From Caecitellus pseudoparvulus (lineage: Eukaryota > Protista > Bigyra: Bicosoecida): DNA of 64,000 nt. The stretch covers positions 195,387-259,386 of the forward strand of contig CBFFRQ010000039.1 in the NCBI GenBank assembly GCA_965644315.1. The letters run 5' to 3'. The position numbers were made by a program, and so were the translations under genes. Below the pieces are notes generated by a model. That model ran no database searches and was not told the origin of the DNA. It saw only the letters and a program-made list of their open reading frames with translations. Positions 46,704 to 58,962 of this stretch are shown one piece after another. How positions within the stretch are numbered: the stretch's first letter is position 1; every line of letters begins with the position of its first letter.

Positions 46704-48111
46704 ATGGCATCGTGGACTGGTGCGTGTCGCTTGCGACCCTTTGGCGGCACTTGTGTGGGCAGGATTACTGCACACTGAATGCGCCTTTTCACTCCTTTAC
46801 TGCACAGAGAACGTGCCATTCATACAAGCAGATGGTGTCCCATCACCAGTCAGCAAGCAGGGGCGCAAGGTGCTGCATTTGGAGGTGCCCGCGGGCGGGG
46901 AAGAGTTGCCAGCTGAGCTGGCGGCGCCAGACTCCCCGAACGCGCGCGCGGTGTGGGCAGTGGAGCGCTGTCGTCGTCTGGAGCATCAGAAGTTCGGACT
47001 ATTGAAGGAGATAGAGACGCTGCGTGGGCGCGTGACTGAGCGAGATGCTGCCATCGCTCGCTTTCGTGCTGCCAACAACGACTTGCGTGACGCCAGTCGC
47101 GAGAGCACGACAGCGCTGCAGGCGGCGAGACGGAAGTTACGTGTGCAGCATGGCTTGCTGCAGGAGCTGCAGGAGGCCAACCGGAGGCTTGAGGGGGACA
47201 AGCGGCGCATGCGCAAGGAGCGGCGGGCGGAGGCGCGTATGTTGGACAGCATCACCATGCAGCACAGTGCGCTGGAGGAGCAGCTATCGACTGAGCGTGC
47301 CCGTCACAGTGAGGCGGAGGAAGGCTACGACACGAGCATGGAGCACGTGAAGCGTGTGATGGAGGCCGAACAAGAGGCGCTACGCGGGGAGATCGAAGAG
47401 TGGCGGCGGCGCGAGGTCAGCTTGCTGCAGCAGATTCAGCAGGCGCAAGAAAAGATTGTGGCGGCACAGGAGCAGCTGGCGCTGGGCGCCCAGCGAGAAG
47501 CAGAGGCTCGAAAGGGGCAGCAGAAGGCGCTGACGCAGTTTGACCGCCTGAAGGAGAGTTTCGCGGAGGAGGTGGAGGCTGTGGCGGCACTGAAGCGGGA
47601 GGCTGAAGCTAAGCTGTCCACAGTGCACACAACCGAGTCCCGTCTGAAGGAGGCGCTGGCGTTGCTGGGAGCTCAGGAGTCAGAGACGCTGGCCCTGAGG
47701 GAGGCAGTGCACCAGCTCACCCGGCAGCTGGATGAGACGCAGGCTGCGCTGACCGCTTCCAAGCAGCGACTGACGAGTGTGTGCAGCGAGCGCGACCACC
47801 TGCGCACTGCTCTGAGCCAGGGACACATTCGGGCAGTGGACTTGTCTGTGGCCCAGGCGGAGCGGGCGCGTCTGGAAGCGCAGCTGTCCAAGCACACTGC
47901 GGCGGCACGGGCCCAGGCGGAGGCCAGCCGGGAGGCCAGTGAGACGGCGCGCGAGCGGCTGTTCGCGCAGCTGGGTTACGGGAAGAAGGCCCGCAGGCGA
48001 CTGCAGCGCCTGCGAGGAGGGGGTGGGTCTCAACCCCCACCAGCGCCAGCACCCCGGATGGTGCAGTGGCAGGGTGGCGCCGAGTCTGTGGAGGAGAAAG
48101 GGGACGGGTGA
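46704..48111 (+). CDS. Coiled-coil protein of unknown function; predicted join(46704..46719,46832..48111)
   Basis: ATG GCA TCG TGG ACT G|GTGCGT...GCAG|AT GGT; long E/Q/R/A-rich heptad pattern. Confidence 0.75.
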
Positions 48112-48157
48112 CAGCGTGAGGCTGGTCGTGGGCAATGCATGCATTGGGCGACCGTGC

Positions 48158-51100
48158 TCACTCCTCTGCCTGTGCACTGGCGTCAGCACGGGGGCTGGAC
48201 CGCGCCAGGGAGGCAGCCAGCGTGCTCTCCAGTCGTGACTGCATCTTGCTCCACAGGGCATCTGCGAGCTGGTCCAGGTCCACTCCGGCGCTGCCTGTGG
48301 AGTTGGCTGAGGAAGGCAGGCGAGGCATGGTGGTTGCCCGATCCGGGGACGAGGGTGTGTCGGCCGCCGCATCCGAGGGCAGCGCCTGCGAAAGTTGCTG
48401 CATGGCCTGCCGCAGTGTGGCTGTGAGGGCGGCATGTGTGGCGCGTGCGGCTGCAAGGTCGGCGGCGGCGGTGTCACCGCCAGCATTCGCTACGACGCGC
48501 GACGTTTCTTGCAGTTTGCCCACGGTGTCGTCCAGGGCAGATGTGAGGGTGGAGATGGTGGTGAGGTATGCGCTGGCGGTGTGCGGCAGCAGGGCGCTGT
48601 CCTCCAGCTCATCCTCTGCGGCGCCTTGCGCCTGGGCAACGCCACTGGCCCCGTGCAGTTTCCAGCCGCCTTGGGCTGTTGCAGAGGCGCTGAGACTGAG
48701 CGGCGCACTATCTGCCAGCTGTGCCTGGTCAGGGTGTGTGGCGGGCTGTGCGGCCGGTGAGCTGGCATGCCGCAGAGCCGCAGCTGCTGTGCGGGAATCT
48801 GCAGCCGCCTTGGCTGCCGAGTGCAGCAATTCCTCCGTGCCGCTGAGATCGGCAGCGGTGCCCACGCTGGCATGAGATGTGGCAGCCAGCCGTGCTTTGA
48901 GGGACGCAGCCAAGCTGACTGCTGGCTTGCCCTTGACTGGCGTCTCCTCAGCTGGGGCGAGATCCGACGGCACAGGCGGCGGCGCCACGACACCCAAGCC
49001 CCCAGCGTGGCGTTGCGAGGAGAGCAGGTCCAGCTTCGACAGCTGGGCTCGCATGCGGGAGACTGCAGCTGCTGCTGCCGCCTGTTGCGTGGCAAGGTCA
49101 GGTGCTGGCCCGTCGCGGGTCGGTGGCGACGACTCGCTGGGCTCTGGGGAGCTGTGAGTGGGCAGGGGGGCCTTAGGTTTCCCCGAGAAGGTGTGTGTGA
49201 GGCTGGCTCGCACGCCAGGCGTGGGGGCGGCTGGCGTTGCCGACACTGACCCAGGGCGCTTGGCTGGCGTCGCCACCAGGCGCGCATCCGCCGCTGCCCA
49301 GTCCTCTTCCTCCTCTGCTGACGCTGGCGTGGCGGCCCCACTGGCCGGAGGCGTGGGTGGCGGTGCCATGCCGAGGGCAGGCTGGGGTTCCTCGTCTGTG
49401 GGCGCCGGGCGGGAGGGCTGCTCCATGGCGCCTGGGCCAGCTGTGGCGTGAAGTGCGACGCCATCTTCGCCGTCGCCACTGGGGGTGGGTGCTGCGCTGT
49501 GGTTGGTGGGCAAGTCGCCGGCTGCAGCGCCAAAGACGTCAAAAGAGCCCTGGTCGCCAGGCACAGCCCAGCGCCCCCCCACCATGCTGTCTGCCGCCGC
49601 GAGCAGGCTCGTGCCGTCCCGCGAGGCAGACACGTTCACACTGCGCGCCCAGGCTGGCAGGACACTCTGCCGGCCCGGTGTGGACGGCGCCACGCCCCGC
49701 CCACCACCCTCCCCGTCACTGCTGCCTGTGTCGTCTGCGCCTGTGGCGGATGTGTCAGCGGCCGTGGGGGAGGTTGTGGCCTGCGGCGTGGGGGGACCCC
49801 CTGTCGGCACGCGTGGCGGCTTGACGGCCAGAAACTTGGGCGCGTCGGTGCCCTGGGCTTCCGGCACGGCTGCTGACGCGCGCTTGTTCAGGCCCGCGTG
49901 CATCTCTGTGAGGGAGATGGCTCGCTCCGTCAGCGCCTTGGTGCGGGCGGCCGCCACGTCGAAGCTGCGCAGGGACGCTTGCTGTGCGAGGTGTGGGGCC
50001 AGACGCCACACCATGATGCAGCCGTCCATGCCGGTGGTGACCAGGCGCCTGCAGTCGGCACTCCACGCCATGCCTGTGACCTTGCTCGCGTGTGCGGCCA
50101 GGCACGCCAGGCACTCGCCGGAGAAGAAATCGTGCACCCGCACGCAGTTGTCGCCGCCTGCCGTCGCGACGAACAGGCCTGACGGGTCCATGGCCACACG
50201 GTTCAGAAGTTTGGCTCCTCGCGCCTCTGCGTAGCTGCGTAGCAGGCGCCCGTTGCGCAGGCTGTGCACGTGCAGGCGCTTGTCCTGCCCGACCGTGGCC
50301 AGGTTCTTGTTCGTGGCGTCCACTGCGACGCCCAGGATGGCGCCGTGCTCCGCCGGCACAGTGCGGGAGTGTGTGAGTTCGATGCGGCCGCCAGAGACGT
50401 CCACTTCTCCGGAGCGGGGCGTGCCGGTGGCGTCAGTTGGAGACAGGTCGTGCCATGTCATACCTTGCGGCAGCGCCACCCCGCTTTGCGCCAGCTGTCG
50501 CGCCATTTGCAGCCCCACTGGCGAGGCGCCCTCCACCCGGAGTTTGTTGAAGACAATGGTGCCGTCACCCCCTGCACTGATGAGCTTGGCATCGTCCTGG
50601 GTGAAGGCGAGGGAAGTGACGGGCTTGGTGTGGCGGTCCACTGTGCCGGCGTGAGCGTATGCGTTGGCGACGTCGAAGACATGCAGCAGGCCGTCCTGCC
50701 CTGCTGATGTGAGGACGGCGCCCGTGGCTTGGGCGTAGGCCAGGGACAACACCTCGCCATCGTGTGCTGGGATGTACGCCACCTGCCGCATGCTCCAGGC
50801 GTCAAACACTCGAACGTTGCCCTGTCGATCACCCACAGCCACATCCAGGGAGAAAGCGCCTGGAACTGAGCCCGGGTACGCTACAGCAGTGATGGACTTG
50901 AGGCCGGCAGAAGGGGGGATGATGGGGCCCTTTTCTGGTTCAAAGGCGCCTGTGACAATGCTCTGGCCAGTCCAGGAGGCCTTGGCGAGTGGGCGTGAGG
51001 GAGTGCCGCCAACACTGAATACCTGCCCAGAGCCTGACTCGTCCTCAGCCTCGTTACAGTACAGAGCGTGCAGCATGCTGCTGCAGTACACGTTGCGGGC

Positions 51101-52584
51101 AGACACCGCCCTCTCTGGCGCCCCAGGCGGCACAGGGGTCTGCTTGTCCACTGCACGAGAGTCCAAGTTCCAGAAACGAGCCGTGCAGTCCGCGCCAACT
51201 GTGACAAACGTGTCAGAGGGCAGGGGGCCGACGGCCCCCCCCGTGTCTTCTGCATCTGCGGCGCTGCGTGGGTCAGGCAGGAATGCCACGTCCCACACAG
51301 TGGATGCGTGGTTAAAGAACGCGCGCTGCTTCACCACCTTGCCCTGTGCCAGTCCGCCAATGGCCCAGATAAACAGCGACCTGTCGCCGTACACGACCAC
51401 AGCTCGCGAGGCATCGGGGCTCAGCACAGCCGCGATGGCAGCGGGGCGGGTGACGCCATCGGCACCGGCGGCCGCCGCTGTGGCAGCTGCAGCGGGGGAG
51501 GTGACATTGTGCTGCCCCAGCGCAGGCGGAACGGGGAGCGAGCCTCGGCAGTGCAGAGACAGCAGGTCGAACACGCGCACGGTGGAGTCTGCACACCCCA
51601 CCAGGGCAGAGTCCCCGGCAATGGACACGGCAAAGGCTGTGGGTGACTTGAGCGGCACGAACAGCTTCACTGCGCGAGCAGCGTCCAGCGCGACCAGCCT
51701 GCCGTCAGAGCTGACCACCAAGACCCGCAGGCCTTGGGGCGTGTCTGCCGCTGCCACATCCACATAGTGGCTCTGCTGGAAGTCTGCAGGGAGCAGGGCG
51801 GCCTGGCCGCCAATGCTCTGGGGGGCATCCGCTGGAGGCTGGCCTGCATCGATGCTTGGCCAGAACATGATGCTGGGACCTGACACGGAGACAAAGGCGG
51901 TGCCAGAGCCATGTGGGGCCAAGGCAGTAATACCGCCTGGCACAGACCCCCGGCCCACGCAGGCGCCCTGCGCCCAGTCCCACACAAACACATGTTTGTC
52001 CCGCCGAAAGCCAGCCGTGATCAAGTGTTGGCCCGACGAAGAGAACGCCACTGCAGCGACCCCATGGCGGTGGCCTGGAAGCTGGAACACGCACCGCCCA
52101 TCTTTGACATTCCAAACCTCCACAACAGCTTCCCGCCCCCGCTGTGCAGAGTCAGGGGAGCAAGTGGGAGCGGGTGGCTTGCTGAAACGCGTGCGAAACG
52201 CCCACTCACCACTCCAACCGCGATGTGAGCGCCGTCTGGGGAGAAACTCAAGCATGTCACAGGAGAACTCGCCCGAATGAGTCGAACCTGGGGAGGATTG
52301 GTTGTTTATGCGGGCGAGGGGGCGGGTTGTGTGGAGGACAGGCAGCCAATCGTACCTGCCTGTTGCGTTTGGCGTTGTACAGGCACACCATGCACCCTGC
52401 AGGGTAAGCGATGTCCCCGGAAGACTTGTTGACACAGACAGCATTGTTGTGGCACGCGGTTATTCCAAGCACCCGCTCCAGTTGCACCTGAGCATGCAGG
52501 GCGGGGGGAAGCTTGCAAACATTGCAGGCAATCTGCAATCTCCGCAGCAGCACCAACCTGGCTGCGTTGCTGTCCCCCAGCCAT
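48158..52584 (-). CDS. WDR62/MAPKBP1-like WD40 protein
   Basis: VQLERVLGIT...IAYPAGCMVCLYN, GHRHGVAAVAFS, FNHASTVWDV, FVTVGADCTARFWNL, VGDRQGNVRV, AHDGEVLSLAY and DGCIMVWRL; C-terminal helical region. Start 52584 inferred via intron 52488..52557. Confidence 0.88.
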
Positions 52585-52972
52585 GGCACTGAGCGGCAGC
52601 AGCTGGGAAAGACGATACTGCTAAGTGGTATACAAATACCTGCTCTGGTCCCGCACGGTGGTCCAGAGTCAGTGCTGTGGTTCAGGGCGCCGCTCAACGG
52701 ACTTGCGTCCAACTGATGCTGGTCCGCTGCAAATGTGGGAGACACTGCCGTGGCACTCGGGGCAGGAGCGGACAGCGAAGCGTCACTGACTGAACGGATG
52801 CATTCACTGTGCTAGGCACTGGGAAGTGTTTCCCGGTACGGGGTGCGCGAGGGAGGTTGCCCCGCTCAGTACCCGGACTTGTGAAGCGGAGACCGCCTTG
52901 AGCCCTGGAAGGGCATGACCGTACGCAGGAGAGTGTGGATCGGCTTGAAGCTGCCAAAGGTCTGCATCCCAA

Positions 52973-55900
52973 CTATTCAATGACTGGTGCTCCCAGCGCG
53001 CCGTCCTTTGCTTCGCGGGCATCTGTGTTGCGGAGAGTCGGGTCTGCCCCACGCCCCATGAGCGCTTTTGGCAGGTCGCCGCTGGGGTCTGCATCCACGG
53101 CGTTGTGCAGGGGGGTGTTGCCAATCCCATTCTGAGCATTGATGTCAGCGCCGTACTGCAGCAGGATACCGATGATGCGCAGGTTGAGGTTCGTGGCGGC
53201 GTAGTGCAGCGCTGTGTTGCCGGCTGCGTCCCGTGCGTTGGGGTCGAAGCCACCCTGCAGCGCCTCTTCCACGCGCCCTGCGCGGTCAGCCTGCACGTGG
53301 GCCATGAAGCGCTTTGCATCAGGCACCTTGCCCTCAGCTGCAGCCACTTCAGCCAGCACCTTCCTCTGCTCGGTGGGGTCAGGCTGCGGTTTGACATGCA
53401 CGCGGGAAGCCTTGGCAACGTCAACGCCGCGCTGAATGGCGGCTGCTGCCTGTGCGATGCGGTTCAGGTGCACCATGGAGCGAATGTTCAGAGCATAGCC
53501 AATGTCTTCGCGTGAGAGGTCTGCAAGAGTGTCCCCGTCCAAGTCTGCATCCCGCGCGGCCTGCTGGTACTCTGCCATGCCCATCGTGTCAAGCCACCGG
53601 CACACATCTTCCACCGTCCACAGCCTGAGGGAGGGCGCAAAGCTCCGGATCTTGGCAGACTCTGCCAGCGCCTGCAGAACTTCGGCTTTCTTGATGCGCA
53701 GCTTCTCTTTCTTTGCGCTGGCAGCCCTCGCAGCGATGAGCCGCTTGTCTTCCTTGGACAGCATGATCGCTGCTCCTGTGAAGAAGCTGTGCTGCATGCT
53801 TTCCTGCCGCATGCGACGGGACAAACTGCTTTCCCCTGCAGCCGAGGCCGCCAGGGCATGCACGGTGGCAGCTGCAGGCATGTACTGCGCAGCGGCCTTG
53901 AGCACCAGGCCTTGCACGGTGTCTCGAGTTTGCGTCATGGCCGTGTCGACCTTGTGCGCAACAGTCCGCTTTATCGCTGCCGAAGCTGCGGACTCGAGGC
54001 GCCTGGCCTCCTCCCGTGCAGCAAGCATTTGTGGGAGGAGTTGGCGCTGTTTCATGTCGTGCAACTCGCGGCTTTGGCGGAGGACGAGCGTTGTGACCTC
54101 GCCGGAAATGGCAGCTTTAGACCGAGTGAGCTGCCGTTGACGCAGTTGCAGGCTTTTGATTTCCTTACCAATGCGCTCTAAGTCTGCCTTGGTGCCGTCG
54201 ATTTTCCGAGTGAGCTCCAACTCGTCCTGCTCTAGCTCCAGCGTGCGCCTGTGCTTCTCCGCCTTCTTCAAGTTGAGCGCTAGCTGCACGGTATGTGCCT
54301 CTTCAAGGGTTCGTGCCTTTCCCGTCAATGATGTCTGCTGCACTTGAGACGCCTGTGCAGCATTGGCGATTCGCTGTAAGGCGGGTGGCAGGCCGACGCC
54401 CAGTCTTGCTGCTTCGCCTGACAGGGCGGAAGCTGCTGAGCGCGTGCTGCGTCGGGAAGCCCCCCGGCTCTTGCTTTCGCGCAGCAAGTCAACAAGGCTC
54501 TCTCTGTCCCCGACGAGCTCGTCAATCTCTTCATCCAGCCTACCAATTTCCCGCCGTTGGCGCTGCAGCTGTTCCAGTTCTCGCTCAAAGGTGGCCTTGC
54601 GCTTTGTGACCACGGCACGCTTGCCAACCAGCGATGCCTCCTTTCGTTTGGCGGCGGTGAGCTTGGCTTTCAGAGACTCCAGCCGACCATACCAGTAGTT
54701 TACGCTGTCCAGCCCGATCTTCAATCTGGAGGGCCCAGGGGCAGTGGTTACGAAAGCTTTTTGGTTGGCAGCCAGCCTTCGACCCACTCGACCTCTGAAC
54801 CAGCGCTGCACTGCCGTTGCAGCTATGACCCAGATTTTTAGCTCTTCCACGCGGTGTCTCGTCCAGTACCCCCTCCAGAGCGCTTGAACCCCTGTTGCCC
54901 CGGCGACTTGCCGCGTGCGCTGTCGCTGGCGGTGCCGCTCGGCTGCCGCTTTGCGGCGACCGATGTGACCTCGAGTTACTCGTTGGCAGGTCAGTGCAGC
55001 CGCCTGCCACTCGGCAGCGACAGTGGCACATCTGTCCAGGTACTGTCTGAAGCAGCGTTGAATGAGGCGCACGTTGTGGTGCAGGAGCATCATGCGCACG
55101 CGCGCAGCGCGCAGCCTGCGCGCCTTGCATCGCCCAAGGAAGCCTCGGGCCACACGCTGCATGCTGCACACTGCAAGTGTCGCGACCTGCTTCATGTTGG
55201 ACAGCACTCGGCGATGAAAAGCATACCTTCGTCCCAGAACTCCGCGCCAGCAGCGCTGGATTGCGATGGCCGGCGAGTCGTAGTCGATGGCGTTCTCCGC
55301 CGACACCAGGCGCTGGTGCTCCAGGCCTGCTTGCTCGAACATGTACAGGTCGTGCGCGGCCCCCATGGACTCCAACACCTCGTCGAACTGCTCTGGCTGC
55401 AGAAGCCTGCGTGCAGCGGGTGCTGGGCCTTGCGAGCCCAGCCAGTCCTTGCCTGCGTTCAGCGTGGCCATCGCGAGGTACGGCCTGGACGCAGCAGACT
55501 GGCCGCTCTTGAGGCTTCCGCCGCCAAGTTTATGTGAGTTCACGACGCCCGTCTCTGCAACGCTCTTCAATGCCTTGCCCAGTGGACTGAAGGGGTTCAC
55601 TTCGCCGGGCCCTGGCAACATATCTGTCGGCAGCTGCTCCAAGGAAACGGACGTTCCCAACTGCTGCAGCAGGCCTGGAGCAATCGCCCGCGAGCCGGGC
55701 TGAAGGGGGGCATGCTCGTCCTGCCCTGCGTCCAAAGCAGACCGAGATTGAAGGCCAGCTGGCTCTGAGGAATCTTGCGTGACTGCAGTATCTGTGGGAG
55801 GAGCTGCATCTCCTGGCAGCCCTTCTCTTGCGGAGCTTGCTCGCAGCTCGGAGAAAGTTGACGCAAGGCTGTCCTGCAATCCGCGCATGGAGCCTGGCAG

Positions 55901-58636
55901 CACAGGCTGCATGGGACCGTTAGGGCCAAATAAGACCACACCACTTGCCTCTTCCAGTTCGTTCAGGGACCATTCGGGGTCATCCACCTCTGCCTGCAAG
56001 CCTGCCAATGCCTGCTCCAGCCGCTTGGCTTCCCTTGCCTCCCGCTTCTTCGCAGCTGCTTGGGAGGCCTTGGCCCCTTCGTACGCCAGATCTTGCAGCC
56101 GTGACACTTCTGCATCATCTGCAGCCTGCCATTGTGCCTGTCGGGCTTGTGCTCGTTTCGTCGCTGTTGCTTCGTGTGCCTCGCGCTCTGCCGCCAGGGA
56201 AGCCTCTCGATGATGCACGATGTCCTCGGGCTCCTGGCCCTTCCCAGTGAGAGGGCTGAAGATGACTGTAGACCCATCATCTGCGAAACGCACCTGTGGT
56301 GACACGGGCTGGACTTGCGCTCCCTGCAGCGGGACTCCGTGGCTTGACAGACGTGTTGAGCTGGCCTCAATGTCAGGCCGCAAAGTAGCTTTCGGGCTGG
56401 CTAGCTTGACAGCTGTCGGATCCTTCACCTTGTGCTCCCTGTGCTCCGACGGAGTTGTGCGTTGTTGTGTAGGTCGTGTGGTTTCGCCTCGAAGGCGCCG
56501 GTTCGCTTCCTGAGGTGGCAGGGGCCGGCCGTCCAGGTACTGCGTTTTTCGGCGCTGTGCTTCAGCGGCAGCTGTCGGGTTCTTGAGCAAAAGAGGGTTC
56601 ACGATGCCTTCGCCTGCTCCTGAGCGGATGAGATCCAAGTATGCTTCCCGGTCTGATTTCTGGGGAGGGGCGCTGGCGTTCCGTTTGCGCTCCGTTTCCG
56701 CTTGCTTTGCGGCGGTCGCCGCTCCCACGATGGACAAGCACGCGTGGGTGTTGCCACACGCGTAGATGACCTGAAGCAGAAATCCAGGTGACTCAACAGC
56801 GACTAGATGGCCGCAGTTGGGGATTCGGATCAGGAATGCAACGTCAGGCAGGCCAGCCTTGAGAGTAGCCTGCAAGGCACGCAGACCCTCTGGGCCCAGA
56901 GCAAGCGTGGGCGGTTCATGAGCAGGGTATGCCAGCTCGCCCAGGGCCCCGAATGAATGCACGTCGAGGCCAAGGTCCCTTGCAGCAGTTTCGTCGTGGT
57001 CATGATTGTGCTCAGTGAGAGCGCGGCCAGTTGACAGACTGTGTGTGGCATGGGCCAAAGGCACAAATGCATCACACTCCCCATGTAGAATGACCAGCGG
57101 CATCTGAACCCGAGCAAGCGTGTCTTCTGCACTTGGAGCACCGGCAATGCCGTCAAGTAGCATTGCAGGCGCCCCGGGCTGTAAGTCGCGCTGTCCAGGT
57201 GCGCGCAAGAAGTGCAACGCTGCACGTTCGTGGCCAAGTCTTTGTACGAACGGTGCGCCCATCCGCGCTGCGGCAAACTTCTGCAGGCACCCGTCAACAG
57301 CCATACCACTCCCTGCCGTGCCAAATAACTCCACCTCATCCTCGAGCTGCCTCACAGTGTGGTCTGGGATGGCAGCGTACCCTGCAACGGCAATGAGCGC
57401 TCCAGCCAGGGAGCTGTACAGCTCGCCGAAAGAGCTGCTCCAGTGGGCTGCGACTTGCACACCACTTCCAAAGGCGACAATGTGGAACTTCTGTGGCAGT
57501 GCACCGTTCAACTTCGAAGTGTCCACGCCCTTGATCTTCACTTTGACCTTCCTTCCCAGGGCATCCACACGCCTTCCCCGCCTCTTCCGTTTGCCCGCTG
57601 CGACAAGCTCGTCCTCAGCTGCCAGGATGCTGCGCTCCAGCCCTCGTGCTGCCGCTGCTTTGGTTGTGAAGAATTGGTCTGTGTCGTTGAGGTGCGTCAG
57701 CAACGCATGCAGGCAGGCAGCGTGGTACGAAGGCTGGAGCTGCGGGCTGGCCGGCAACTCTGCCCTGCCCTTGGACCCGCGCAGCAGGGAGGCTTCTGAG
57801 CCAGCCTGACCAGGCAACGCAACAAAGAGGAACTGACAGTCCATGGTCTTGGCAAGGGAAGCCTGCACGAGCTCAATCAGCGGCTGCATGGGCTGCAGCG
57901 CGTCGGTGAGGAAGAGAAAGTTGGCGCACCTGTGAGCGGGGTCCGGGCGGCCCACGACTTTATACACTGCAACACCAGATCCATCAGGCATGGGGAATCG
58001 CCCGTCAGGTGAAGCACCTTGCGCAGGGTCTGGGCGTGGCATTGGGGCTGAGCGGGCAGAGGCGGCTGCTCGCTTGGCCTTGCGGGCTTCCCGCACGACG
58101 CCCCCCAGCGACATGCCCATGGCATTGAAAGTGGACTCTGCTTCCAGCAAGGTTCGGTGGAACTTGCGTTGGAAGTGAGGCGCGATGGGCGGCAGCGTGC
58201 CCTTCCCCCCGGCGTCCAGAGCCAGGCGCGCGAATCGGGAAGGTGCCGCCAGCTGAGCAGCTTTCGCGTCTGCTTCAGCTTTCGCAGTTGCGGCCGCTAG
58301 CTTCTCCTCCTTCCGCAGCTGCTGCTCCCCAAGCTTGCGTTGACGGGCGGAGTTCTCCCATACTGCTCGTAAAGCGTGCTGCCAGCCCTCGGGGAGTGCC
58401 TGGCGTGGCGATGACTCTGCTGAAGTGCCGCTGGTGCTGGAAACGCTGTCGGCCGATCCAGGCCGTTGAGCAGTCGCACGGGAGGGAGACGGGTGCTGAT
58501 GGGGAAGCATTTCTGGACCTTGGCAGTGGTCGGCTTCGTTGCGTCCGGAGGTTGCACGTGCGTCTGGCGTGCTTGTGTCAAGGTGTGGAGTTGGGAGCTC
58601 AGCGTCAGGCGAGCGAGGGCTCGAGACAGAGGCCAT
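52973..58636 (-). CDS. Multidomain protein: degenerate alpha/beta-hydrolase, IQ motifs, coiled coil, SAM domain, ankyrin repeats
   Basis: LFVALPGQ, FHIVAFGSG, PLVILHGECDAFVP and CGHLVAVE; ~6 IQ-like motifs (IQRCWRG, MQRVARG, VQALWRG, VQRWFRG); SAM WTVEDVCRWLDTMGMAEY...LDGDTL; ankyrins GNTALHYA and GNTPLHNA. Confidence 0.8.
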   Translation of the reverse strand: MASVSSPRSPDAELPTPHLDTSTPDARATSGRNEADHCQGPEMLPHQHPSPSRATAQRPGSADSVSSTSGTSAESSPRQALPEGWQHALRAVWENSARQRKLGEQQLRKEEKLAAATAKAEADAKAAQLAAPSRFARLALDAGGKGTLPPIAPHFQRKFHRTLLEAESTFNAMGMSLGGVVREARKAKRAAASARSAPMPRPDPAQGASPDGRFPMPDGSGVAVYKVVGRPDPAHRCANFLFLTDALQPMQPLIELVQASLAKTMDCQFLFVALPGQAGSEASLLRGSKGRAELPASPQLQPSYHAACLHALLTHLNDTDQFFTTKAAAARGLERSILAAEDELVAAGKRKRRGRRVDALGRKVKVKIKGVDTSKLNGALPQKFHIVAFGSGVQVAAHWSSSFGELYSSLAGALIAVAGYAAIPDHTVRQLEDEVELFGTAGSGMAVDGCLQKFAAARMGAPFVQRLGHERAALHFLRAPGQRDLQPGAPAMLLDGIAGAPSAEDTLARVQMPLVILHGECDAFVPLAHATHSLSTGRALTEHNHDHDETAARDLGLDVHSFGALGELAYPAHEPPTLALGPEGLRALQATLKAGLPDVAFLIRIPNCGHLVAVESPGFLLQVIYACGNTHACLSIVGAATAAKQAETERKRNASAPPQKSDREAYLDLIRSGAGEGIVNPLLLKNPTAAAEAQRRKTQYLDGRPLPPQEANRRLRGETTRPTQQRTTPSEHREHKVKDPTAVKLASPKATLRPDIEASSTRLSSHGVPLQGAQVQPVSPQVRFADDGSTVIFSPLTGKGQEPEDIVHHREASLAAEREAHEATATKRAQARQAQWQAADDAEVSRLQDLAYEGAKASQAAAKKREAREAKRLEQALAGLQAEVDDPEWSLNELEEASGVVLFGPNGPMQPVLPGSMRGLQDSLASTFSELRASSAREGLPGDAAPPTDTAVTQDSSEPAGLQSRSALDAGQDEHAPLQPGSRAIAPGLLQQLGTSVSLEQLPTDMLPGPGEVNPFSPLGKALKSVAETGVVNSHKLGGGSLKSGQSAASRPYLAMATLNAGKDWLGSQGPAPAARRLLQPEQFDEVLESMGAAHDLYMFEQAGLEHQRLVSAENAIDYDSPAIAIQRCWRGVLGRRYAFHRRVLSNMKQVATLAVCSMQRVARGFLGRCKARRLRAARVRMMLLHHNVRLIQRCFRQYLDRCATVAAEWQAAALTCQRVTRGHIGRRKAAAERHRQRQRTRQVAGATGVQALWRGYWTRHRVEELKIWVIAATAVQRWFRGRVGRRLAANQKAFVTTAPGPSRLKIGLDSVNYWYGRLESLKAKLTAAKRKEASLVGKRAVVTKRKATFERELEQLQRQRREIGRLDEEIDELVGDRESLVDLLRESKSRGASRRSTRSAASALSGEAARLGVGLPPALQRIANAAQASQVQQTSLTGKARTLEEAHTVQLALNLKKAEKHRRTLELEQDELELTRKIDGTKADLERIGKEIKSLQLRQRQLTRSKAAISGEVTTLVLRQSRELHDMKQRQLLPQMLAAREEARRLESAASAAIKRTVAHKVDTAMTQTRDTVQGLVLKAAAQYMPAAATVHALAASAAGESSLSRRMRQESMQHSFFTGAAIMLSKEDKRLIAARAASAKKEKLRIKKAEVLQALAESAKIRSFAPSLRLWTVEDVCRWLDTMGMAEYQQAARDADLDGDTLADLSREDIGYALNIRSMVHLNRIAQAAAAIQRGVDVAKASRVHVKPQPDPTEQRKVLAEVAAAEGKVPDAKRFMAHVQADRAGRVEEALQGGFDPNARDAAGNTALHYAATNLNLRIIGILLQYGADINAQNGIGNTPLHNAVDADPSGDLPKALMGRGADPTLRNTDAREAKDGALGAPVIE

Positions 58637-58962
58637 GGGGCCTTGGCAGGAGTGGAGCGCCAAGGAATTCAAAGGCAGGGTGTGTGACCAGCCAGGGCAA
58701 GCGGTGGAAAGAGCTCGAGGTCCTGAATGCTGCGCCTTGCGTAGGCTTGGCCTGCGAGGGATGGCTCAGCAAAGCTCTGCGCCCGAGCACAGTGCAGAGG
58801 ATGTCGGCGTGCAATTCCCAGCAGCACAGGCTCCTTTAGGGTGCAAACTGGACGTACAGGACACTTGTGAAGTGAGGGTGGACCGCAGGGTCCGCTGTTT
58901 TGAGGCGGCCGGAGTTGTTGCGGCGTTTCGCATTGCACACCAGCAGCAACACACGCCTCGCC

